From the sequence record MH221129.1: a stretch of DNA of 64,000 nucleotides. One strand, 5' to 3'. Made by a program: the position numbers and the translations under genes. How positions within the stretch are numbered: position 1 is the stretch's first letter; each line of letters begins with the position of its first letter. Below, piece after piece: positions 48,449-56,744 of this stretch. The notes beneath the pieces were generated by a model. The model searched no databases. It saw only the letters and a program-made list of their open reading frames with translations, and was not told the DNA's origin.

Positions 48449-50083
48449 TTAAGAATTAAACCATTCAACTTCTTCTAACTTGCGACGTGCGTTGATTACC
48501 ATGAACTCAGCCAGGGTATTGTGCAGCGACAAGCGAGGGATATAGCGTGCGTCTTCCGTCTCACACTTGAGCAGCTCAGCTGCTTCCGGTGTAGCCCTGA
48601 GATGGAAGAGGTAGGGGTTAATGTGATCTTTGTGCAGAATGTTTAACGACTCCCGTGGTGTTGACTGCGGTTCTAAGTTCCGCGGGTTACGATACTCCTG
48701 AAGATAATATCTATCCAAATCTGTTTTGAGTTCAGGTCGGATAGGATCTGCTGCATACCCGCTTGACAGCTCAGACCACTGCATATCGCAACTCAGCAGT
48801 TGCGCAATGTCATGCATCCCGTAGTTGAGATAGGTTGCCTGCGCCAACGCCATGCCGTGCAGGAATGCTTCCGGACCACATTCCGTGTACGTCTTATAAT
48901 GCGCGCTGCGGTGTAACGCCAGCGCCACTAACCATTCGTGCAGTACGTTGATTGGCCCTTGGTGTGTTGTCAACATTGAATCGATGAGAATCTTCACGTC
49001 GGCCGGAGCAGCGTTTGGTAAGTTCATCGTCTTCAGGAAACGGCGATAGTCCAGGAACGACACTTCGGTACGCACAAACTCTTTCATTGGTGCAGAGCTG
49101 CGAGCCTGTACCAAGTCCATGGAGTTAATCTTACCCTTCTCACCGTTAAACACCACGCTTTCAGGATGGAGTTTCAACAACACCGGCTGGTTGGAGATCT
49201 TGTTGGCAAAGCCTGTTTCAATCTCCTGTTTGACCAGGAAATACATCCCCGTCACCACGTTGTTGTTGGACATCGCTTCTTTCGGTAATTCACCGCCGAC
49301 GTCACGCACCGCCAATAAACGGATGATGGTATACGCTTTGATATACTCTTCCATCATGTCCGTGCCGTAACCACGCATGGCTGCCAGTACCGACAAGCTG
49401 GTATTGTTCATTCCTTTATTAGACTGCTCTTTGTCCACCTTCTCCATCACGCTCTGCAAGAACCCTTCCAGTTTCAGGATACCCGGTAAAGACATGACTT
49501 CGGTTTCATGGAGCAGCTCCAGGCAATAGGTGAGATCGTCAACCATTTTGCGCTGGGTTTCAATGGGCAGATTCTTACCGATAGGGAATACACCCATGGT
49601 CAAGAACACGGGAATATATGGCTTCACAGCCAACGCCAGTATCAATAGCTCGTAATAGTCCGGGCGAATATAAGTCATCGCTTCCGGATAATTGCTGTTC
49701 ATGTCGTCATGTGTGTCTTCCATGTTCTGGGGAATCCACAGCTTATCGATAGGATACAGCTTACGATAGACATCCGCTTTATGGAATTTAGCGATAGTCT
49801 TAACGATTTTCGGCATGTGCTCACGCTGCGTCTCTTTCGATTCGTTTGCCAGCTCGTCAAGCATCAGGTAGGCCATGAACAGCTCATCTTGTTCGTCAGG
49901 TGTCATGTAATCCCACACCCGCTGAAGTTCCATGAACAAGATACCATCGCGTGGACAACGTTTACCGTTTACTTCAATAAACTCGGGCACGTTATTGTCT
50001 TTACGATAACGCAGGCCAATAAAAGCGACTTCCTGACCGTGATGTTCAATTACCATCCGATCCTTTAGTTTGGTGATTTTCAT
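48449..50083 (-). CDS. Non-virion RNAP fifth (sigma-like) subunit (phiKZ gp68-like)
   Basis: ATG 50083 preferred (GGAG SD), about 544 aa. Synteny between ChmC and PicA. Confidence 0.75.
   Translation of the reverse strand: MKITKLKDRMVIEHHGQEVAFIGLRYRKDNNVPEFIEVNGKRCPRDGILFMELQRVWDYMTPDEQDELFMAYLMLDELANESKETQREHMPKIVKTIAKFHKADVYRKLYPIDKLWIPQNMEDTHDDMNSNYPEAMTYIRPDYYELLILALAVKPYIPVFLTMGVFPIGKNLPIETQRKMVDDLTYCLELLHETEVMSLPGILKLEGFLQSVMEKVDKEQSNKGMNNTSLSVLAAMRGYGTDMMEEYIKAYTIIRLLAVRDVGGELPKEAMSNNNVVTGMYFLVKQEIETGFANKISNQPVLLKLHPESVVFNGEKGKINSMDLVQARSSAPMKEFVRTEVSFLDYRRFLKTMNLPNAAPADVKILIDSMLTTHQGPINVLHEWLVALALHRSAHYKTYTECGPEAFLHGMALAQATYLNYGMHDIAQLLSCDMQWSELSSGYAADPIRPELKTDLDRYYLQEYRNPRNLEPQSTPRESLNILHKDHINPYLFHLRATPEAAELLKCETEDARYIPRLSLHNTLAEFMVINARRKLEEVEWFNS
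48703..48716 (-). promoter_or_regulatory. Intragenic early-promoter copy upstream of picA
   Basis: GGATAGATATTATC, identical to 50119-50132, about 265 nt upstream of picA. Confidence 0.5.
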
Positions 50084-50118
50084 TATATTTGAACTCCGCG
50101 AATAGTCGATTGCCCTAT

Positions 50119-50132
50119 GATAATATCTATCC
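50119..50132 (-). promoter_or_regulatory. Early promoter variant upstream of the gp68-like gene
   Basis: Minus strand GGATAGATATTATC. Confidence 0.6.
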
Positions 50133-50177
50133 AAGATAGCTTACAGTGCAAGTTGCCCCACAACGCATAACCGTTTA

Positions 50178-50211
50178 ACGCCCAAGGTCTCCCTTGGGCG
50201 TATTTTTATTT
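50178..50211 (+). terminator. Terminator-like hairpin with its T-tract on the + strand
   Basis: ACGCCCAAGG-TCTC-CCTTGGGCGT then ATTTTTATTT. Confidence 0.55.
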
Positions 50212-50217
50212 GTCTTT

Positions 50218-50871
50218 TTAGATGAAGCTATCAAAGTCGTCGTTGGTAGATGGTGGTGCCGATTGCTGCTGACCGCCCTGGTAACCGTTACCGCCGCTGC
50301 GGTTACCGCCGCCATAACCACCTTTGCCGTAATTGCCGCCGCCAGTGTTGTTGAATTCACGCGCTTTATACTTCTCTTCGAGGTTCTTCAGGAACAGCTC
50401 AAAGTTATTGATAAAGGCACGAGCACAACGTTCAGACAGTTCGAGGTCAGAAACTTGCTGACCATCACGGAAGATACGGAAGCCTTTCGGGTAAGAGAAG
50501 TAGAACTTCTTCTGGCGTGCGCCAACGCCTTGAATTTCACCTGCAATTGCCATGAAAGGAACAAGGTTGTCTTCACGACCAACAATCACACTCACCGGCG
50601 GCTTGTTGCCGTTTTCGTTGCTGAACTTCACCATGCTCTTTTCATTTTTGCGCAGGCAGTCTTGCAGCGCTTCAATGATAGTGCGGCACACAGTGATCGG
50701 TGCGGAGAAATACAGACCTTCGCCTTTGCCGAAAGAGTAGCTAAACTTCATGGACTCAACATCACCGTTAAAGTCATTCGGTTCAATATTGAGTTTACGA
50801 GTGCGGTTTTGCTGATCCGGTTCGGTTTGCGGATAAAGCCATTTGTCTTTGAAAATTTCTTGGTTAATCAT
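50218..50871 (-). CDS. chmC: Nucleus-associated nucleic-acid-binding protein ChmC (phiKZ gp67-like)
   Basis: 217 aa; folded N-terminal domain, G/N/Q-rich tail and acidic-aromatic tip; lies immediately upstream of the gp68-like gene. Confidence 0.7.
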   Translation of the reverse strand: MINQEIFKDKWLYPQTEPDQQNRTRKLNIEPNDFNGDVESMKFSYSFGKGEGLYFSAPITVCRTIIEALQDCLRKNEKSMVKFSNENGNKPPVSVIVGREDNLVPFMAIAGEIQGVGARQKKFYFSYPKGFRIFRDGQQVSDLELSERCARAFINNFELFLKNLEEKYKAREFNNTGGGNYGKGGYGGGNRSGGNGYQGGQQQSAPPSTNDDFDSFI

Positions 50872-50938
50872 TGTTTAGTCCTTTTCGGAAAAGCAGTCTA
50901 GTGGTTCACACATGATGTTCCACTAACGTAAATTTTAG

Positions 50939-51775
50939 CTATTTGATAAGCCGACGGAGCAGGTCAATAACAAAAGGCTCATTCACCAGTCGCAGACAGT
51001 TGTAGATACGGTCCATGGTGGTATCCTGACGCCAGTTGTATTTCTCTGCAGTTTTCAAAACCACACCTCTGACCTTGCGATCTAATGGGGAGAACATAAT
51101 CCCATCACCGAACAAGGTTAAGAATGCTTTGTTAAACGGAATCTGTTTCGGTTTACCATTCAGCTTGGTGTACCACTCAAGATGAGTTTTCACCTTACCG
51201 GTATGGGACTCTAACAGGCCCAGTAGCGGGAACTCTTTGCGTGCTAACAAGTCAGCAGGCATGTGGGTCAATAACAGTGTCTCGCGGTTGCCTTCCGGGA
51301 AGACGTCGAATTTCCGATAGCCCTCGGGATGCTTCTCATCGAACATTTTCAACGTGTCGTGTTCCAGAGCATTGTAATGCAACTGGTTCGGCGTCATGTT
51401 TTCCTGCCCGCCTGCGATGTTTTTGAAGGATGCTTCCGGGAACACTTTATTTGCACTTTTGTAAGTACAAATGTACGGAACGCATAACACCGAAGGGGCT
51501 ACCGCTCTCGCGGTAGCCGTAAGATTATTTATATCTTCTTCAATCGATGTCAGCATTACGTCTGGTGTTAACCGTTCTCTATTCTCTTCAAACGCATAGA
51601 AGGCGTTACGGAACAACGTCCGGAGATTCAGGAAGATTTCCTGATAGGCATGGATGGGGAGTTCCCCTTTCCAATCGGCGTATTCGCCGGTATGCAACAA
51701 CCCTTCGAACGCCAGCGAACTGGCGATAGACACTGAATAGAACCCGTATGTGCGATCAACACTAATTGGATTCAT
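50939..51775 (-). CDS. Conserved core protein (phiKZ gp66-like), possibly PIN/5'-nuclease fold
   Basis: 278 aa; FLNLRTLFRN and LLTHMPADLL; ATGA coupling to SbcD. Confidence 0.55.
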   Translation of the reverse strand: MNPISVDRTYGFYSVSIASSLAFEGLLHTGEYADWKGELPIHAYQEIFLNLRTLFRNAFYAFEENRERLTPDVMLTSIEEDINNLTATARAVAPSVLCVPYICTYKSANKVFPEASFKNIAGGQENMTPNQLHYNALEHDTLKMFDEKHPEGYRKFDVFPEGNRETLLLTHMPADLLARKEFPLLGLLESHTGKVKTHLEWYTKLNGKPKQIPFNKAFLTLFGDGIMFSPLDRKVRGVVLKTAEKYNWRQDTTMDRIYNCLRLVNEPFVIDLLRRLIK

Positions 51776-52923
51776 GCAACGTTCCTAAGTATTGTAGTGA
51801 CAACATCAGGGTCGTACTTAACTGATGTCAATTCTTCAAGAATTAGACGCTCGATATTCTCAGGCGTCGGCATTTCGAACACTGGGGCATCGTCCGAAAA
51901 ACTCTTCACTAACAACTCTTCCTCTTCCGAGGAGCGAACACGTTCACCGGAAATGTGAAACGTGTACTCTTTCTTCCACCGATTGACATGTTCTGCCAAA
52001 GGGGAGCCTGCGTAATACTCGACTTCAAACCGTCCAATACTGGACGAGACATGTTCGTCGATGTATTTCAGTGCGGACAGACATGCAGCTAACTGCGCAT
52101 CGTAGTCCTCTTGTGCCTTCACCTTACGCTGAGGGCACGCACGTTGGTTAACCAAGAAGTAGTCTCGGCAAACCGTATCGGTGAAATCGACAATGGCTAC
52201 ACCTTTGTCTTCCTCTTCACCTTGTGACAGTCGTTCAGGACTGCCAACAACTCTTATCTTGTCGTATTCTTTCTTGCGGTGATCGTGACCTATGCAAATA
52301 AGGTGCTTGACCCTCGGCAACCAGAAACTCTCGTTAAAGGAACGAGGTGACTCGATTGGGAGTTGAAAATGGAAACAGCCGTGCATGAAGATGAAGTCCA
52401 GTTGCTCCAATCCACGCGTTGCCATTAACTCTGCCATTTCTGCTTCGGTAGCAACGGCATTAATTTCATTTCCGCCACCGGCTTTATACTCGTCCTGCAC
52501 CCACCCAACAGTCGCATCAAGGGCTTGATCGTAAAAGATCCCAATCCCTGGCAAGTACAAGCAGTCAGCACCAACGCTAAGGTTTAGTGACTCGACCGTT
52601 TTCGACTGACCGTGGTCATGGGAAGGTGTCCCTTCAACGATGCGAACTGGGGTATTTGTGTCTTTCGACCAATGGAGCAGCCAAGTCAGGAAGCCAACAG
52701 CCTCCTGTGAATCGTCTTGGCGGAGATGTCGGGAATCGTCAAATAAATCCCCTGCTATATAAAAGGCATCGAGCGTATTTTCGCAGCTAATCAGAATTTC
52801 TTTCAGTACATCCACGATGTGCCATGTCGGCACACGCTTGTGGAGCAGGTGAATGTCATTCGTGACCAAGATACGTTTTACGCCCGCTGGCTTTCGTGGC
52901 GGCTTAGTAATCTTCTCCATCAC
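51772..52923 (-). CDS. sbcD: SbcD/Mre11-like metallophosphoesterase nuclease
   Basis: NDIH, AGDLFD, GTPSHD, MHG, GHDH. Confidence 0.9.
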   Translation of the reverse strand: MMEKITKPPRKPAGVKRILVTNDIHLLHKRVPTWHIVDVLKEILISCENTLDAFYIAGDLFDDSRHLRQDDSQEAVGFLTWLLHWSKDTNTPVRIVEGTPSHDHGQSKTVESLNLSVGADCLYLPGIGIFYDQALDATVGWVQDEYKAGGGNEINAVATEAEMAELMATRGLEQLDFIFMHGCFHFQLPIESPRSFNESFWLPRVKHLICIGHDHRKKEYDKIRVVGSPERLSQGEEEDKGVAIVDFTDTVCRDYFLVNQRACPQRKVKAQEDYDAQLAACLSALKYIDEHVSSSIGRFEVEYYAGSPLAEHVNRWKKEYTFHISGERVRSSEEEELLVKSFSDDAPVFEMPTPENIERLILEELTSVKYDPDVVTTILRNVA

Positions 52924-53578
52924 CGATCCCTACGGTAGGTTGTGGGGTAGGGTTCTGTTGGACTTCTGCTTTCTTTGCATTGCCCGATGCTTTCCCGCCG
53001 GTGATACGATCAACGTATTCTACCAGACCCTCTGGGTATTCCAGCTGGCCACCCACTTTGTAACGACGGAAAATCCAGTTCAGGAGATCGATAATGTACT
53101 TAGCACGAACCGAGTTTTCCGCGAGACTCATGTTCTCGATCCCGGTCAGTGTGTAGTCAATCATCTGGTACATCTGCTTCTCGCCGACAGTAGGGATGAT
53201 CTCGGCTTGCAAACGGATGTTTTCGGTTTCATCGCTTAACGACGGTTCGTTGGGTACCGTCACTAACGAGCGGCCGGTATTCAGTAGCGCTGGGATAGTG
53301 AACAGTAACGTGGTGTTGTCCATATCGTCCACAATTTGCAGTGGTACGAAAGCACTACCCACGTAATCAGTCCAGGCTTCATCGTTAAATGTGTCATCCA
53401 GCATACCGGTCAGCAACGGCAGACCTTGTCGACGGAACTGGGCTTCGGTAAATGTAGAGCAAACAAACTGCCCTTCAACCAAATCCTGCTCGATGGCTGT
53501 GAGCTTTTCGTACTCAAAGCGCATCTTATCATCCATTTGACTTAACGGAACGCCGTTAAACGTTTTTTCCTGGGTCAT
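52904..53578 (-). CDS. Conserved hypothetical protein (phiKZ gp64 position)
   Basis: 224 aa, TAATG coupling. Confidence 0.65.
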   Translation of the reverse strand: MTQEKTFNGVPLSQMDDKMRFEYEKLTAIEQDLVEGQFVCSTFTEAQFRRQGLPLLTGMLDDTFNDEAWTDYVGSAFVPLQIVDDMDNTTLLFTIPALLNTGRSLVTVPNEPSLSDETENIRLQAEIIPTVGEKQMYQMIDYTLTGIENMSLAENSVRAKYIIDLLNWIFRRYKVGGQLEYPEGLVEYVDRITGGKASGNAKKAEVQQNPTPQPTVGIGDGEDY

Positions 53579-53964
53579 TACTCATCCTCAATTACAGACG
53601 ATTCAGTATCCACATATCGTTCCGCATCGTACCATTCTCCGTCCACAACATCCTGAACACGAACAGATATATAGATGCGGTAACGCACATCCGAATCCGG
53701 TAAGTATTGCCAGCTGGTTTCAACTTCCACCGCAACTGGGAACACATTACCGTACAGTTTCTCTAAATCAGTTTTGATTTGAGCTACCATTCCATCCGGG
53801 TCTTGTGCGTACACGGCCTGGGTATACGCCAGAGATTTAATGTTGCCCTGATAGACAACCGACTGGCTATAGCCCGCTTCGGTATAATGGTTCATCAGTT
53901 CACGCACTTTCTCTGGTGGTGTACGCGCCCAACCGCGTGTTGATAACGTGCCTACAGCAATCAT
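53578..53964 (-). CDS. T4 gp25-like baseplate/sheath-initiator protein (phiKZ gp62 position)
   Basis: 128 aa; IKTDLEKLYGNVFP..VEV..YRIYISV pattern; synteny. Confidence 0.55.
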   Translation of the reverse strand: MIAVGTLSTRGWARTPPEKVRELMNHYTEAGYSQSVVYQGNIKSLAYTQAVYAQDPDGMVAQIKTDLEKLYGNVFPVAVEVETSWQYLPDSDVRYRIYISVRVQDVVDGEWYDAERYVDTESSVIEDE

Positions 53965-53966
53965 GT

Positions 53967-54392
53967 TTATCCCCTATCAAATTCAATGACGGAAATGTAA
54001 TATTTACCGGGTTTATAGTCGGCGTATTTCACCGTTGCCACCTGATGGTAAACCTTTACACCCGCGTAAGTAAGCCAATGATATTTGATATTCAGACCAC
54101 GTCTGGCGAGATACTCCTCGTCAAAACGCCACGCTTGTTCAGCTGGTACGCTTAATTGTACCAGTAGCTCGCTCTCGTCGATTTCGAGATACGCGCCATA
54201 GTCACCAATCACCACACGATTCCACCGCTCACAAAGCAGCACACCGTTGATAGTGGCCTGTCTAGGGCGATCGAAACCATTGAGTGCCTGGCGATAAACT
54301 GATAAAGCTTCTTCACGGACCTTTTTCGGTAGCGGTCTATACTTGTAACGCTCTGCCAATCGGTCAATATACGTCAGAACGGAACTGTCCAT
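53967..54392 (-). CDS. Conserved phage hypothetical protein
   Basis: 141 aa; RVVIGDYGAYLE...KVYHQVATVKYADYKPGKYYIS; SD AGGAG. Confidence 0.7.
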   Translation of the reverse strand: MDSSVLTYIDRLAERYKYRPLPKKVREEALSVYRQALNGFDRPRQATINGVLLCERWNRVVIGDYGAYLEIDESELLVQLSVPAEQAWRFDEEYLARRGLNIKYHWLTYAGVKVYHQVATVKYADYKPGKYYISVIEFDRG

Positions 54393-54409
54393 TTCCTGCT
54401 CCTGTGAAG

Positions 54410-54442
54410 AAAAAAAGATGGGGCCGAAGCCCCAGTCTTTTT
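54410..54442 (-). terminator. Intrinsic terminator
   Basis: TGGGGC-TTCG-GCCCCA then TCTTTTTTT. Confidence 0.8.
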
Positions 54443-55034
54443 AGCACGTAGCGCCGAGTTCTGAACAGGGATCACCATCTTCCCAGTCGAACGCGGACAT
54501 ACGTGCCCAGTTCAATTGAATATCTACTTTGTCAATACGACTCAGTCTGACAGCACGATCTTCATTGGTAGCCCATTGCCAAATCTTATCTTCGTCATAC
54601 TTGGTCGAAATGCCAGAGGTCGCTTCGCGGAAGTTATCATCGGTACGCATGTACGCATTACCTTTGAAGATATCCAGCTGCGAGAAACCATTCTCATAAC
54701 CACTTGCCATACCTTCGTTATACAGCTTACGATATTCCGGCATTGCAACGAGGAACGGTTGTAAAGCTGGGTTCGCGAATTGGAACTCACCCAGGTCTTC
54801 AATCTGTCGCACCATCTCAACCGCATCGTTATAACGCAGTTTACGAGCAGTGCTAAAGGTTTCGCGGAAACGCTCCAGTGACAGTAGTTCTTGACAATGT
54901 TCTTTAACACGCCCGACGAGATCGGGTGCCAGCGCGTCTAACGAAAAGTTATCTTTAAACAATTCGAATACGCCGCTACCTTCACCTTGTCTCGTCCAGA
55001 CCGTGCTGCCCTGTGACCACATGCCATCGATCAT
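54441..55034 (-). CDS. Chimallivirus core protein (phiKZ gp59-like)
   Basis: 197 aa, SD AGGAG, C-terminal GDPCS, follows beta'-N. Confidence 0.6.
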   Translation of the reverse strand: MIDGMWSQGSTVWTRQGEGSGVFELFKDNFSLDALAPDLVGRVKEHCQELLSLERFRETFSTARKLRYNDAVEMVRQIEDLGEFQFANPALQPFLVAMPEYRKLYNEGMASGYENGFSQLDIFKGNAYMRTDDNFREATSGISTKYDEDKIWQWATNEDRAVRLSRIDKVDIQLNWARMSAFDWEDGDPCSELGATC

Positions 55035-55043
55035 CTATTACTC

Positions 55044-56663
55044 CTATACCCTAACTGGCGTTCTCACCGAGTCTAACGGGATGCCCTCTTCTTCATCTTC
55101 GCTGGTTTCTTCTCCAGCTTCAATCAGGAACTGGTTCTGCATACTGATTAGCTCATTATGTAAAACCATGCCGTGTTCTACACGGTCAACATCGGTGGAT
55201 GACATAAAGCCATTATCCGGACGATATTGGAGGGCCAAATCCATCTCGGTTTGGTCAATTGGTCGACGTACCTGGAATTGGTCGCCGTCGAAGTCACCGT
55301 TTGCCATCTTGATAACACGGTCGGAGATACGCAGTGAGCATTGGTTCACATCGGTAACAACTTCATCGATGTACAACGTCTGCACCGACAGCTGTACCAG
55401 CGTCGGGTTACGTAACGGTTCAACCATGATACCTAGGCCGCCAGGTGTCTCGGCGATCAGTTCCTTAAAGAGTTCATCTACCAGCGGGTCATACTGCATT
55501 GCTGCTTTCGCCACAATACGTTCACACTGACGTGCGGAATAACCACGGTCAAGCAGTTTACTCTCGAGGTCTACGGACATCAAACCAACCATCCAACGCC
55601 ACGGCGCTTTGAGTTTCCAAGCATCGTGCGGTTCAGAGATTGGGGAGATGGTTGCACGACCACCGAACGGGATGTGGGTAGAACCCACTTTCGCACGATA
55701 GTCACCCGGTTTACCTTCCATGGATTCGCGACGGAAGTCCACGTAGAAGTACGCCAGTTGACGGTTCGCCTTAATTGCACGACTTGTCAGGAATCTGGCT
55801 TCTACCGGTTTACGCCGCGTATACAGCAGCGCAATGTTTTTCACCGCATCGATTGCCCCGGTGAATACCGGGTCGACCATCACACCACGACGCCCTTCTT
55901 CAGTCACAATCAACTTCGAAGAAATCAATGGAAGATGTTTCGGGAAGAACGCACGACTTTGTGTTTCGAACAAACGCTTCCACTGCAACCGCAGACGCTC
56001 GCCCTCATCGGCGTTATGGCGATTCGGTGCATATATCTCTTTCCATGCTTCTGGCGATGTCAGAATTTGGAAGATTGTTTTGTGGTGATCTACCAGATTG
56101 CGAATCCCGCGCACATACTGGTGTTCTTCCAGAATGCGTTTTACCGCGTGGGCACGTTTACCATCCGGCTCATCACAACGATAGTACGGGTCAATCATCC
56201 ACATCATTAAATCTGGACCACGTTCTATCGTGACTTTGTTGCGATCGAATTTCTTCAGTTTACCGTTGAAGAAAGCATTGAACAGTGCCCAGAATCGCGG
56301 GTTAACAAAATTACCCATTTCATCCGGTGCACGCAACCAAACATCCGATTCGATACGATGCTCAGTTACCACATATCCACACGTAGGACACTTGCGACCT
56401 AGGTTGTAGCGATGTGCGATCGGTGCCTTACAGTCCAGACTACACACTGGTGCGGAGTTAAGCTCCTCATCAATGATGCGGTTCTGTACCATACGGTCAA
56501 TCAGTTCTGCAGTTTCGATTGCATCCCCGTTCTTGGCGACGTCGTTAATAATGGTTGGCGGCTGTATCCCTTTGGCTGCTGCCTCTATTTGTAAATCCGC
56601 CAGGTACAAGTCCTGGTTTGCCAACTGGCCGGATACGCCGTAATATAAAGGTACCTTTTTCAC
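55044..56663 (-). CDS. Non-virion RNAP beta' N-terminal (catalytic) subunit (phiKZ gp55/56.1-like)
   Basis: Zinc finger CSLDC..CPTC, RNPTL, catalytic NGDFDGD; GTG start. Confidence 0.92.
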   Translation of the reverse strand: MKKVPLYYGVSGQLANQDLYLADLQIEAAAKGIQPPTIINDVAKNGDAIETAELIDRMVQNRIIDEELNSAPVCSLDCKAPIAHRYNLGRKCPTCGYVVTEHRIESDVWLRAPDEMGNFVNPRFWALFNAFFNGKLKKFDRNKVTIERGPDLMMWMIDPYYRCDEPDGKRAHAVKRILEEHQYVRGIRNLVDHHKTIFQILTSPEAWKEIYAPNRHNADEGERLRLQWKRLFETQSRAFFPKHLPLISSKLIVTEEGRRGVMVDPVFTGAIDAVKNIALLYTRRKPVEARFLTSRAIKANRQLAYFYVDFRRESMEGKPGDYRAKVGSTHIPFGGRATISPISEPHDAWKLKAPWRWMVGLMSVDLESKLLDRGYSARQCERIVAKAAMQYDPLVDELFKELIAETPGGLGIMVEPLRNPTLVQLSVQTLYIDEVVTDVNQCSLRISDRVIKMANGDFDGDQFQVRRPIDQTEMDLALQYRPDNGFMSSTDVDRVEHGMVLHNELISMQNQFLIEAGEETSEDEEEGIPLDSVRTPVRV

Positions 56664-56678
56664 TCTGTCAACCTCAAC

Positions 56679-56718
56679 AAAAAAAGAGGGAAGGACAGAG
56701 GCGTTAGCCCCTGTCCTT
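56679..56718 (-). terminator. Intrinsic terminator after chimallin
   Basis: AAGGACAGGGGC-TAAC-GCCTCTGTCCTT then CCCTCTTTTTTT. Confidence 0.75.
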
Positions 56719-56744
56719 AACCTAATTACTTAACTGCAAACCTG

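Noticed and set aside
50084-50134. ORF-track TTG start of the gp68-like gene
   Set aside because: It overlaps the promoter motif; ATG 50083 has the SD.
56640-56647. Exact TATATTAC inside beta'-N
   Set aside because: It lacks the upstream RGWT context shared by the other copies and is explained by Leu-Tyr-Tyr codons.
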